NCBI GenBank assembly: GCA_963812155.1
Contig: CAWETW010000001.1
Coordinates: forward strand, 640,001-704,000
Source: Vulcanimicrobiota bacterium
GTDB lineage: Bacteria; Vulcanimicrobiota; Vulcanimicrobiia; Vulcanimicrobiales; Vulcanimicrobiaceae
Reading direction: 5' to 3'
Length of the DNA stretch: 64,000 nucleotides
In this document: positions 51,268-61,403 of the stretch, piece by piece
How positions within the stretch are numbered: the first letter of the stretch is position 1
Layout: each line of letters starts with the position of its first letter
The notes under the pieces: generated by a model
Seen by the model: only the letters and a program-made list of their open reading frames with translations
What the model was told of the DNA's origin: nothing
Database searches by the model: none
Position numbers and translations under genes: made by a program

Positions 51268-52238
51268 CGCAGCGCGACGCCCGACGCGCGGTCGAACCTG
51301 CGCACGAACTCTGCCGGAAATTCCAAGTTGACGTTGTCTCCGGGACGCACCGCGAGGCCCGCCGGAACCCGCGCGGTGACGTCGCCACGCGCCGTTTCCA
51401 CCACGACGTAAGCGTCGGCGCCGGTCGGTTCCCGGCGCGTGACGCGACCGCGCAATTCCGCTCCCTCGACCACGCGCACGTGCTCCGGCCGAATGCCGAG
51501 CAACGGATCGCCGTCGAGCACGTTCATCGGACGGTCGCCGAGGAAGCGCGCCACTGCGATCGTTCGCGGAGAATCGAAGACGACGGCCGGATCGCCGCCG
51601 TCTTCAATGCGTCCGTCGATCAACACCGCGAGCTCGTCACCGACGCTCATTGCCTCCGCGTGATCGTGCGTGACGTAGACGATCGGTCCGGGAAACCGTT
51701 GGCGCAAGCCCACGACTTCGTCGCGAACGGTTCGCCGCAGCGAAGGATCGAGGTGCGCGAGCGGTTCGTCCATCAGCAGCGCGAGCGGATCCGACAGCAG
51801 CGCGCGCGCCATTGAAGCGCGCTGCCGTTCTCCGCCGGAAAGTTCGCGCGGCCGGCGATCGAGCACGCCCGCGACGTGCAGCGCGGTCGCCGTCTCGGAG
51901 AGAAGTGCCGACGACGACGGTCCGTTGGTGCGCAGTGCGAATCGAAGGTTCGCGCGCACCGTCATATTGTTGAAGAGCGCATCGTCTTGGAAGACGAAGG
52001 CGATGCGGCGGCGTTGCGGCGGCGCGTGCACGATGCTGCGGCCGGCGAGCGTGACATCACCGCTGCGCGGGCACAGCAATCCGGCGATCACGCGCAGCAG
52101 CGTCGTTTTGCCGGCACCGGATGGACCGACGACGGCCAGCGTGCGGCCTGGTCCCACGGAGATCGAGACGCGATCGAGCGCAACACGGCGCCCGTAGGAT
52201 GCGACGAGGTCGTGCGCCGCGAGCGGGCCTGCGTGCAT
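51264..52238 (-). CDS. ABC transporter ATP-binding protein (MalK/PotA-like with TOBE domain)
   Basis: GPSGAGKT, LSGGERQR, LMDEP, YVTHD, GIRPE. Confidence 0.9.
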   Translation of the reverse strand: MHAGPLAAHDLVASYGRRVALDRVSISVGPGRTLAVVGPSGAGKTTLLRVIAGLLCPRSGDVTLAGRSIVHAPPQRRRIAFVFQDDALFNNMTVRANLRFALRTNGPSSSALLSETATALHVAGVLDRRPRELSGGERQRASMARALLSDPLALLMDEPLAHLDPSLRRTVRDEVVGLRQRFPGPIVYVTHDHAEAMSVGDELAVLIDGRIEDGGDPAVVFDSPRTIAVARFLGDRPMNVLDGDPLLGIRPEHVRVVEGAELRGRVTRREPTGADAYVVVETARGDVTARVPAGLAVRPGDNVNLEFPAEFVRRFDRASGVALR

Positions 52239-52534
52239 CAGGCGTCGCTGCAGAGCGAGCGGTACGTTTCGCGGGCCGATTCATCGCCGGCTCGTGCGCG
52301 GGCAATGGTCTCCCGAAGGCGCGTGACCGATGCATCGTCGGCGACTTTCCCGCCGAGCACGAGACGCAGGGCCATCAACGTCAAATCGGGAGTCCGGGCG
52401 CCGAGAATCCGTAGACCTTCGTAAAACGGCGCCGCCCGCGGGCTGGGGGGCGGCGACCCGAGCAAGCGCTGAATGACCTCGCTCTTCGCCGGCGAGCCGT
52501 TGAGAAGGTAGCCGTCGAGCAAATCGAACTCCAT
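52238..52534 (-). CDS. Hypothetical 98-aa protein heading the operon
   Basis: MEFDLLDGYLL...; stop overlaps the ABC ATPase start. Confidence 0.6.
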   Translation of the reverse strand: MEFDLLDGYLLNGSPAKSEVIQRLLGSPPPSPRAAPFYEGLRILGARTPDLTLMALRLVLGGKVADDASVTRLRETIARARAGDESARETYRSLCSDA

Positions 52535-52564
52535 GGGATGGGCAGTTTCGCCGGACGGCCGGTC

Positions 52565-53995
52565 ATGCTCTTCGCGCTCCTCCTGGCGACGCTCGGCGCC
52601 GCCCCGTCGCCGGATTTCCTTCACCTGCTCGACCGCATGCGCGCCGCCGCCGGACCGGTGTGGAGCACGCATTTCGTTTCGATCTCACGGTTGAATCTTG
52701 AAGGACAGTCGACGGTCGTCTCGAGCGAAAGCAACGGCGTGCCGTTCGTGGTGCGGCGGTGCGAAGGCGAGCTCTGCCAAGGCACCTATTTCGACGGAAC
52801 GCGCCTCTACGCCGTAAACATGAACGACACGGCGGTGCCGACGTCGACGGATCCCGAACCGTATTTGCGCTCGTTGCGCATGGTCGCGTCGCTGAGTTTT
52901 CTCGCGCCGGGATTCACCTCGCACGGCGGACGCCTCATAGACGACGGCACCGCCAACGTCGCGGGCAAGCGCTACCGGACGCTCTTCGTGACCGATGCGC
53001 ACGCCATTCCGATTAGGCTTTTCGTCGATCCGTCAGACGCGCTCGTGCGTTACGTGCGCGATCTAGGCGGCGACGATACGTTCGAGTACCGCGACTACCG
53101 GCGCGTCAACGGGTTCTCGGTTCCCTTCCAGATTTTGCACAACGGCAGCGTGCTCGAACGGTACGACGACCGCACGCCGGTCGCGTCGGCGTTTCACCCG
53201 CCGCGCGGGCCGGTTCCGCAGTTTGCCGGCTCGACGCCGCAAACGATTGCGACCGATCCCGCACACGTCACGCCGGTCGTCAACTGCACCGTCGACGACG
53301 TCCCCGTGCGGTGCCTGATTGACACCGGCAACTCGGGCCTTTCGCTAAGTTCGGAACTCGCCGCGCGGCTGGGTGCGGCGGTCATCGGCACGTTCCACGT
53401 GCGCGGACTGGGCGACTACTCGACGCAAGTGGTGCGCGCCGGCCCGCTGCGCGTCGGCAATGCGACCTATCCCGAGGCGTACTATGTGGTGCTCAACGAC
53501 ATCAGCCGCTATGGCTACGACGTCGTGCTGGGCGCGGATTTCCTCGGCACCGCGAGCGTGGAAATCGACGCCGCGGATCACGTGGTGCGGCTCGCGACGA
53601 CGCCGGCTTCCGATGCATTTACGATTCCGCTGTCGTTTGAAAACTTCGTTCCGGTGGTCAACGTGCATCTCGGCACCGTCGAAGCGAAGCTCGCCGTCGA
53701 CACGGGCGACGAATCGAACATCAACCTCGCCTACGGCTTCTACACGAAGCACACGACGCTGTTTTCGATTACCGAGCGGCGCCTCGTCGCCGGCGTCGGC
53801 GGCACGAGCGTCGAACTCATCGGCAACATTCCGCAGGTGACGATCGGCGACTACCATACGGGTCCCCAGAAAATCGGCACGACGCAGACCCTGCAAGGGA
53901 CCGCATTCGGCCACCTCGGCGCGGCCTTCTTACGCCAGTTTGTCGTGCAATTCGACTACGCCGCCGCGGAGTTGCATTTAACGCCGAAGCCTTAG
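52565..53995 (+). CDS. Secreted protein with two retropepsin-like aspartyl protease domains
   Basis: LIDTGNS and AVDTGDE motifs, LGADFL/LGAAFL; start 52538 or 52565. Confidence 0.85.
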   Translation: MLFALLLATLGAAPSPDFLHLLDRMRAAAGPVWSTHFVSISRLNLEGQSTVVSSESNGVPFVVRRCEGELCQGTYFDGTRLYAVNMNDTAVPTSTDPEPYLRSLRMVASLSFLAPGFTSHGGRLIDDGTANVAGKRYRTLFVTDAHAIPIRLFVDPSDALVRYVRDLGGDDTFEYRDYRRVNGFSVPFQILHNGSVLERYDDRTPVASAFHPPRGPVPQFAGSTPQTIATDPAHVTPVVNCTVDDVPVRCLIDTGNSGLSLSSELAARLGAAVIGTFHVRGLGDYSTQVVRAGPLRVGNATYPEAYYVVLNDISRYGYDVVLGADFLGTASVEIDAADHVVRLATTPASDAFTIPLSFENFVPVVNVHLGTVEAKLAVDTGDESNINLAYGFYTKHTTLFSITERRLVAGVGGTSVELIGNIPQVTIGDYHTGPQKIGTTQTLQGTAFGHLGAAFLRQFVVQFDYAAAELHLTPKP

Positions 53996-54765
53996 GGCCG
54001 GGCGTCACGCACCCATGCGGCGGCGGTTTCGGTGACCATGGCGGCGCGGTCGCGATGGGGCGCGTGGCCGCAGTGCGCGAGCAAGAGGCGATCGACCGGG
54101 CCGCGCACGGTGCGTGCGAGGGCGTCGACCTGTGCGACGGTGCCATATTCGTCATCGAGCCCTTGAATGACGAGCAGCGGGCATTCGATGCGCTGGGCAA
54201 ACGATTCGACGTTCCAATCGCGGAACGACGGCGACAACCACACGTCGTTCCACCCGTAGAACGTCCGGCCCGCATCGGCATGGTGGCGCGCCATACGTTC
54301 GCGCAGCGGCCCTTTTTCGAATTCGTTGCGTATTGCAGCGATGCTTCGCACGGAAAGATCCTCGACGAAGAGATGCGGCGCTTCTAGTATCGCGCCGCGC
54401 ACGATCTCTGGGTGTTCGGCGGCGAAGATGACGGCAATCGACGCGCCGTCGCTGTGTCCAAAGAGGATTGCGTCGTGGATGCCTTGCGCCTCGAGCAGCG
54501 CCGGCAACGTCGTTAGCGCTTCCTCATGCATGTATGCGGGCGTTCGGGCCTCGCGCAGCGGTTCCGAAAAGCCGTTCCCGTAACGCGAGTAGACCAGCGC
54601 CGCGCATCCGGTGCGTTCGGCGAGCGTCAAGGGGAAGTCGCGCCAGAGGTTTAGTGAGCCGAGGCCCTCGTGGAGGAACACGAGCGCCGGCGCCCTTTTG
54701 CTGCCGCCTATCGTTTCGATTTCGAGCTCGCGACCGGCGAGGGTAATGCGTTCCCTATGCATCAT
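53992..54765 (-). CDS. Alpha/beta hydrolase
   Basis: FLHEGLGS, GHSDGAS, QG.DDEYG, GHAPH; probable start MMHRER. Confidence 0.9.
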   Translation of the reverse strand: MMHRERITLAGRELEIETIGGSKRAPALVFLHEGLGSLNLWRDFPLTLAERTGCAALVYSRYGNGFSEPLREARTPAYMHEEALTTLPALLEAQGIHDAILFGHSDGASIAVIFAAEHPEIVRGAILEAPHLFVEDLSVRSIAAIRNEFEKGPLRERMARHHADAGRTFYGWNDVWLSPSFRDWNVESFAQRIECPLLVIQGLDDEYGTVAQVDALARTVRGPVDRLLLAHCGHAPHRDRAAMVTETAAAWVRDARP

Positions 54766-54781
54766 CCGTGGCGGCGCTTTG

Positions 54782-54908
54782 CCCTTCGACGCCGCATCGC
54801 TTCGCGATGCTTCGCTCAGGGTGACACAAATCTCACCTCTCGCTCGGGGTGGCACAAATGGCGTGATACACTCTACCGTCGCTCAGCGTGACACGAATAG
54901 CGTGACAC
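54782..54908 (-). repeat. REP-like element plus degenerate half-copies
   Basis: Full copy 54782-54827 with GCATCGC-GAA-GCGATGC hairpin; further (G/C)GTG(A/G)(C/T)AC ends to 54908. Confidence 0.85.
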
Positions 54909-54916
54909 CTTGTGTA

Positions 54917-56430
54917 CTACGACGTGCGGACGACGACCATGCTCCACGGAGGCAGCGTCACCATAAAGCTGCCGGTCCAAGCCGGGAGCGTCGACGTTGC
55001 GGGGCCTTTCCACACGTTCTTCTTCGACGCGTCGTACAAGGCTTTGTCATAGGTGACGATCGTACCGCCCGAACCCGAGCTCTTGCCGTCGATCTGCACC
55101 GGCACGCTCGCGCTCGAATTCTTGTTGAGATTGAAAAGCATCAACGCGTACCCGCCGTTGTAGGTAGACGCGTACGCGCGAACGCTTGGGAGCGACGACT
55201 TCGTGAGGCCGAGCATATGCTCGCCGTCGCGCACGAAGTGCGACGCGACCTGGAACGCGCGCGCCGTCGGCAAGCATCGTTCCGCGCGGCACGTTTTCGC
55301 TCGTAGCAGCCGTCTTGCAGCGTTCCGTCGGAGAAGATCATGAAGCCGCCGAAATCTTGCCAGCCGTAGAGGGACGGGTCGAAGTCACCGCCGCCGTCTT
55401 TCGAGTTGCAGCCGCCGTAGCCGAGCCACCACGTTGCACGCGTCACGCCGTCTTCGAGCAGTTCGCCGAGAATTTGCCCGGCGTAGAGTGCTTGCGTGAT
55501 CGACATCGTCTGTTTTCCCGGCGTGGCGTACGTCGAGCCGATTTCGCCGACGTAAATGGGCGTTGCCCCGTGACCGGCTGCGGCGAGTTCGCCTTTGAGC
55601 GCCTTGAGATAGGTCGTGATGCCGGGCGCCGCCTTGTGAATGAGAAAATCGTCGTTGACGGTGTTGCCTTGGGGATAGTAGTGCAGCTCGACGCAGTCGT
55701 ACTTCGCCTGGGCGAGCACGGTCGAATCCCATCCGGACGTATTGGGATCGACGTCGACGCACACGCCGATCGGCATTTTTGCGGCGGCTTTCATCTGCGG
55801 ATAGAAGCCGTTCGCGACGTTTTGCGCGTACTGCGTGGGATCGTGCGGTTGCGAATGCTTGTCGGTTTCCCACGAGCCGTACTCTTCGTTGCCGACGCTC
55901 CACCACAGGACTTTGTCGTGTTTGGTGGCGTTGGCGTACGTCACCCAGGCGGCAGCTTCGGACGGATCGGCGCCCCCGGTGCACGCCGGATTGGAGCCGT
56001 AGTTCACGGTAATCGAGAGATCCAGTTTTGCCGGTCGAACGATGTCGCTCTCGAAATTATCGAACGTCGAGTTCGGATTGACGTAGCCTCCGCTGCAATC
56101 GCCTTGTCCTAGGCTATTCGTCTGCCAATGGAAGTTGTCGGATTCCGAGCCGCCGGGCCAACGCGTCGCCGTCATGCCGGCTTTTTGAAAGGCTTGTGAC
56201 AGATTCGACTGCGTGACGTCGTACCAGGTCGCCATATTGGCACCCATCACCAAACCGGAAACGGTCGCGCCGGTCTGCGAGGGATGAACGACGATCGACG
56301 CGCCGGCTGCGTGCACTCCGGCGCTCGTGCCGCTTGGCGTCGCAGGCGCTCCCGGTGCGACCGCGCCGGAATAGCCTCGGCAGGCCGCCAGACACGTGCA
56401 AATTACGACAAACGCCCACACTCGTTTCAT
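54917..56430 (-). CDS. Secreted glycoside hydrolase-like lipoprotein (clan GH-A); two +1 frameshifts near 55272 and 55305
   Basis: LAAC lipobox; RWPGGS, WSVGNE acid/base, YVGE nucleophile; C-terminal beta domain TLPPWSMVVV in another frame; span is 3n+2. Confidence 0.75.
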
Positions 56431-56532
56431 GACTCACTTATACTCCGGGCAAGCGAGGGCGTCAACGGAAGGAACGGCGTGCCTCAGCGCCAACGGGCGC
56501 CTTCTCAATTCAATGCCGTGAAGGAGCGCATC

Positions 56533-56907
56533 GTGCCCAACAATCCCTTCGTCCACGCAGAACTGGTTACGCCCGATCTCGCGAAAGCGAAACAGTTTTA
56601 CCAATCGCTCTTCGATTGGAAGTACAACGACGTCATGGGCGGAGAGTACACGATCATCGACGTCGGCGAACACAAATACGGCGTCGGCGGCGGCATGCTG
56701 ACGACGCCCGAACCGGGCATTCCGCCGCATTGGTTTCCCTACGTTGCCGTTTCGGATCTTGCCGCGTCAACGGAGAAAGCCAAGTCGCTAGGCGCAACCG
56801 TCATTAAAGACATCACCAAGATCGAAGGGTCGGAGAGTTCGTTCAGCATCATCATGGACCCGGCGGGCGCCGTCCTCGGCCTGTATTCCGGCGGCGGAGA
56901 CATGTAG
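56533..56907 (+). CDS. VOC/glyoxalase family protein
   Basis: RBS AAGGAG; NPFVHAEL.TPD...FY..LF.W, W.PYVAV.D, DPAGA. Confidence 0.9.
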   Translation: MPNNPFVHAELVTPDLAKAKQFYQSLFDWKYNDVMGGEYTIIDVGEHKYGVGGGMLTTPEPGIPPHWFPYVAVSDLAASTEKAKSLGATVIKDITKIEGSESSFSIIMDPAGAVLGLYSGGGDM

Positions 56908-57023
56908 CTTCGGGCCGCCGCAATCGCGCTACGAACTTAGCGCCGTCAGCTTCCTAGGCGGCCAACCGGATGTCTTTTTTTGCGTGCTTAGGCGGCGCGT
57001 GAGGCGGGTACCATGCGCCTACT

Positions 57024-57380
57024 ATGGACACGACTGATTTTTCCGGATACGTCACCAGGCAACTCGAAGCACGAACGGCGGACTCCGGTCGCCGTATCAG
57101 GACGACGGCGGAAACGATGCGCACCGTCGCCGATCAACTGCGCAGCGACTCGAACACGGCCATGGCGGCCGACCTTGCCGAGCGCGGCGCCGATCTCATC
57201 GATCGCGTCGGAACCTACATCGAAGGAACTCCGCTCGACCGTATGATGGCCGACGCCGAGGCTTTGGGCCGGCGGCAGCCGTGGATCGTCGCGGGCGCCG
57301 GAATCGCTGCCGGTATCATAGCTTCACGCTTGTTGAGATCGACGGCGGCGCGGCGGCAGGCGGCAACGGATTTCGCATGA
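57024..57380 (+). CDS. ElaB/YqjD-like small membrane-anchored protein
   Basis: Helical protein ending RRQPWIVAGAGIAAGIIASRLL. Confidence 0.65.
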   Translation: MDTTDFSGYVTRQLEARTADSGRRIRTTAETMRTVADQLRSDSNTAMAADLAERGADLIDRVGTYIEGTPLDRMMADAEALGRRQPWIVAGAGIAAGIIASRLLRSTAARRQAATDFA

Positions 57381-57787
57381 GGAACGCACCGGCTCAGGCT
57401 GACCTTTCCATCGCCGAACTGCTGCAAAAGCTTGCCGCCGAGACGTCCCTGCTCATACGGCAGGAAGTCATGCTGGCACGCAGCGAGGTTCTTGGCACGC
57501 TCAAGCAAGCCACACGCCCTGCGGCGGACTTCGGGATCGCGGCGCTGTTCGCGATCGGCGCGTTCGGCACGCTAACGACGCTGTTCATTGCTGCATTGTC
57601 TTTGGCACTGCCGGTGTGGGCAGCCGCGCTGATCGTCACGGTGATTTACGGCGCCGTCGCGGCTTTTGCCGCGATGCGGGGACGCTCGTCGCTGACGAAA
57701 ATCGGAAGTCCGATTCCAGACCAAACGATTCAAACGATCAAAGATGACATTACCGAGGTCCGCGCCGGAATTGCGCGCGGCCGCTAA
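57377..57787 (+). CDS. Phage-holin-family (YqjE/DUF1469-like) membrane protein
   Basis: S.L.RQEV.LARSE, two TM segments, P.QTIQTIKDD. Confidence 0.8.
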   Translation: MRNAPAQADLSIAELLQKLAAETSLLIRQEVMLARSEVLGTLKQATRPAADFGIAALFAIGAFGTLTTLFIAALSLALPVWAAALIVTVIYGAVAAFAAMRGRSSLTKIGSPIPDQTIQTIKDDITEVRAGIARGR

Positions 57788-57800
57788 AGAGGAGATTTTC

Positions 57801-58410
57801 GTGGATCAGAATCCCGATACCATTCGGCGTAGATATCGAGGAGACGCAGGCGCGCATGGGCGACACGGTTGAGGCGCTCGCCTATAAAACCGACGTGCCT
57901 GCTCGCACTCGAGATGCGGTCAGCGATCGCGTCGAAGCGATCAAGGGCAGAGTCTCCGACTTCGTTTCCTCGGCCACGGGTGCCGTGGGCGCTGCCGGCG
58001 ACGCCATCGGCGACGCAACCTCGGGCGCTAAGGAAAAGGCGGCTAGTGCCGTTGCGGCGATGCCTTCGCCTTCTCAAGCCGTGCAGACGATCGGAACGAT
58101 CGCTTCAAACAATCCGTTGGGCTTGGCAATCGGTTCGGTTGCGGCGGGATTTCTCATCGGCCTCTGTCTGCCCGTGAGCGACATCGAGCGTGACCGCGTG
58201 GGTCGCATCGGCGAACGCATGACCGAACAAGCGAAATCCGCCGCTGCAGATGCGGTGGAGCAAGGAAAAGCCGCCGTCACGCAAGTAATCGGCGACGCGA
58301 TTTCCGCGAACGGCACAGAAGCAGGCGTAGCGCGCGGCGCTTCGACGCCGTTCGCGGAGCCTGTGCTGAGCGAGCGAAGCGAGTCGAAGTGCTCACTTCG
58401 CTCAGCGTGA
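57801..58410 (+). CDS. DUF3618-type protein; +1 frameshift near 57831; C-terminus runs into REP
   Basis: RBS AGGAG; MDQNPDTIRRDIEETQARMGDTVEALAYK after removing one base; NPLGLAIG TM segment. Confidence 0.8.
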
Positions 58411-58413
58411 CAC
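58339..58413. repeat. Nested REP-like element
   Basis: Outer minus-strand GTGTCACGCTGAGCGAAG...GCGTCGAAGC encloses plus-strand CCTGTGCTGAGCGAGCGAAGCGAGTCGAAGT (58360-58390). Confidence 0.8.
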
Positions 58414-58619
58414 CGCCGCATCTCGCCCGGCGGAGCGACGCGAAAGCGCCATTCGGGCCCAACTTCGCCGCGTCCGGCAGCCCAGCGGTCGAGGCGAATC
58501 GTCATCGCGGCTTGCAGACGCGAATGCGTTCGCTGAGGGCTCACCTTTTGCAGCGGCCTTCCGCCGACCCATTCGGTCTCTGGCTTGCTTTCCGGCAACA
58601 CGATTTCGTCCAACGACAT
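58414..58619 (-). pseudogene. Uma2-family (DUF820) endonuclease, truncated
   Basis: MSLDEIVLPESKPETEWVGG...KVSP...HSRLQ...GPEWRF...; ends at the REP before the PD-(D/E)xK core. Confidence 0.75.
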
Positions 58620-58729
58620 AGCGCCACACGACTTTATCACGGCGCTGAATTTGCGAGCAATCCCCTGGGACGAATCGGGCGTGGGCTCGCAGGCGACACC
58701 GGCCGCACGAGCCGAACGCTTGGCACCAG

Positions 58730-61403
58730 ATGAGTGCTGAGAGGGAGAGGCTCGAGCGCAGGCGACTAAGGCGGGAGCCGTGGGGCTTGTGGGGCCCTTA
58801 CGTCAGCGAGCGTCAATGGGGGACCGTGCGCGAAGATTACAGCCCCTACGGCACGGCCTGGGACTATTTTCCGCACGACCACGCGCGCTCGCGCGCGTAT
58901 CGTTGGGGCGAAGACGGCATCGCGGGCATTTGCGACGACCATCAGTTGCTGTGTTTTGCGGTGACGTGTTGGAACGGAAAGGATCCGATTCTCAAAGAGC
59001 GTCTGTTCGGCCTTACCAACGGTGAGGGCAATCACGGCGAGGACGTTAAGGAGTACTACTTCTACCTTGATAACGTGCCGTCGCACGCGTACATGAAGAT
59101 GCTCTATCGCTATCCGCACGACGAGTATCCGTACGCGTGGCTCGTTGCTGAGAATCACCGGCGTGGGAAAACAGACCCGGAGTTCGAGTTAATCGACACG
59201 GGAATCTTCAACGACAACCGTTTTTTCGACATTGTCGTGGAGTATGCGAAAGCCGATCCCAGCGACGTTCGCGGGCGCATCACCGTCGTCAATCACGGAC
59301 CGCAGGCCGCCTCGCTGGATCTTCTTCCGACGCTCTGGTTTCGCAACACGTGGTCGTGGCAGCACGGATCGCGTACAAACCGTCGATCTCGCGAGCTTCC
59401 AGCGATACGAGACGGCGTCGATCGGCTCACCGCCGAACACGAGCGGCTCGGTACGTATCGATTTCTACGCCGATGCGCCGCAAGAGTGGCTGTTCACCGA
59501 AAACGAGACGAACTACGAGCGGCTCTTCGGCTCGCCCAATCCGACACGGTACGTCAAAGACGGCATCGATTCATACGTCGTGCACGGCCGGCACGATGCC
59601 GTGAATCCGAAAAACACCGGAACGAAAGCCGCGGCGCGTTACCACTTCGACCTTCAACCCGGTGAGTCAAAGACCGTGCGTTTCCGGCTCGCGAACGGGG
59701 ATGCGCCGGGCGATCCGTTTGCAGATTTCGATGCCGTGTTCGAACGGCGCCGCGCCGAAGCGGACGAGTTCTACGCCGAAGTCGCCGACGTGCCGCTCAG
59801 CGACGATCTGCGCTCGATCGCGCGTCAAGCGTTTGCGAGTATTTTGTGGAGCAAGCAGTTTTACTATTACGTGGTGCAGGAATGGCTCGACGGCGATCCG
59901 GCGATGCCGCCTCCGCCGCCGCAGCGTGCGACGGGCAGAAACAGCGATTGGACGCACCTGCACGCCGCCAACATTCTATCGATGCCGGATACGTGGGAAT
60001 ATCCGTGGTTTGCCGAGTGGGATCTCGCTTTCCATTGCGTCGTCCTGGCGTTGCTCGATCCCGACTACGCCAAGCACCAAATGATGCTGCTGACGCGAGA
60101 GTGGTTTCTGCATCCCAACGGCGAGTTGCCGGCGTACGAATGGAATTTCGGCGACGTCAATCCGCCGCTGTGGGCGTGGGCGGCACGGCGCGTTTATCAA
60201 ATCGATCAGAAGATCAACGGAGCGGCCGACACGCTCTTCCTCGAGCGGGTCTTCCAAAAGCTGCTGCTGACCTTCACGTGGTGGGTCAATCGCAAAGACG
60301 CCCAAGGAAACAACATTTTCCAAGGCGGCTTTCTCGGGCTCGACAACATCGGCGTCATCGATCGCAACGCGCTGCCGCCGGAAGTTCGCCTCGACCAATC
60401 CGACGGGACGGCCTGGATGGCGGTCTTCAGCGGAAACATGCTCGCCATTGCGCTCGTGCTGTCGCAGACACGCCCCGCCTACGAAGACATCGCCGCAAAG
60501 TTCTTTGCGCATTTCCTCTTCATTGCGAAGGCGATGAACGGGCTCGGCGGTTCCGGACTGTGGGACGATGCCGACGGGTTTTACTACGACTGGCTGAAGG
60601 TGCCGGGCAAGCCGCCGTTTCCATTACAGGTGCACTCGCTCGTCGGTTTGATCCCCCTGATCGCGAGTGAAGTCGCCGACCGTGACGTCGTCGCGAAGTT
60701 GCCGGATTTTCTCAAGCGCGTCGACTGGTTCGTGAAACACCGGCGCGACCTCGTCGAATCGATGGCCTACATGGAACGCGGCGGCATTCGAGAGCGATAC
60801 CTGATGGCGCTGGTCGACGCGAAGAAGCTGGTGCGCCTGCTGCAGCGCATGCTCGACGAAACCGAGTTCCTGAGCTCGTACGGCATCCGTTCGGTGTCGC
60901 GCATCCATCTCGAGCATCCCTACGTGCTGTCGATCGGCGGTTTCACGAGAAGCATCGGGTACGAACCGGCCGAATCGCAGACCGGCGCGTTCGGCGGTAA
61001 CTCCAACTGGCGCGGCCCGATATGGTTTCCGATCAATTATCTACTCATCGAGGCGCTCCAGAAGCTGCACTACTACTACGGCGACGCCTTTACGGTTGAA
61101 ATGCCGGCCGGCTCCGGGAAGCAGGCGACGCTTTGGGAAGTCGCCGACGAGCTGTCACGACGTCTGATTTCGATTTTCGAGCGGGACGCATCGGGGCGGC
61201 GCGCCGTGTTCGGCGGCAATACCACCTTTCAGGACGATCCGCTCTGGCGCGACTACGTGCCGTTCTACGAATATTTCCACGGCGACAACGGCGCGGGATT
61301 AGGCGCGAGCCATCAAACCGGGTGGACGGCGTTGGTCGGAAAGCTTATCTTGCAGCGCGGCGAGTATGCGGGGCAGCAGAAACACCCGCTTGAAAACACG
61401 TAG
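58730..61403 (+). CDS. MGH1-like/GH63 glucosidase; +1 frameshift near 59464
   Basis: [62 protein letters not shown]. Confidence 0.88.

Noticed and set aside
54766..54855. REP-encoded N-terminal extension of the alpha/beta hydrolase
   Set aside because: The family domain begins at MMHRER (54765), so the repeat is most simply intergenic
57377..57787. Holin as evidence of a prophage
   Set aside because: This family commonly occurs in chromosomal DUF3618/YqjD-like clusters; no phage genes nearby
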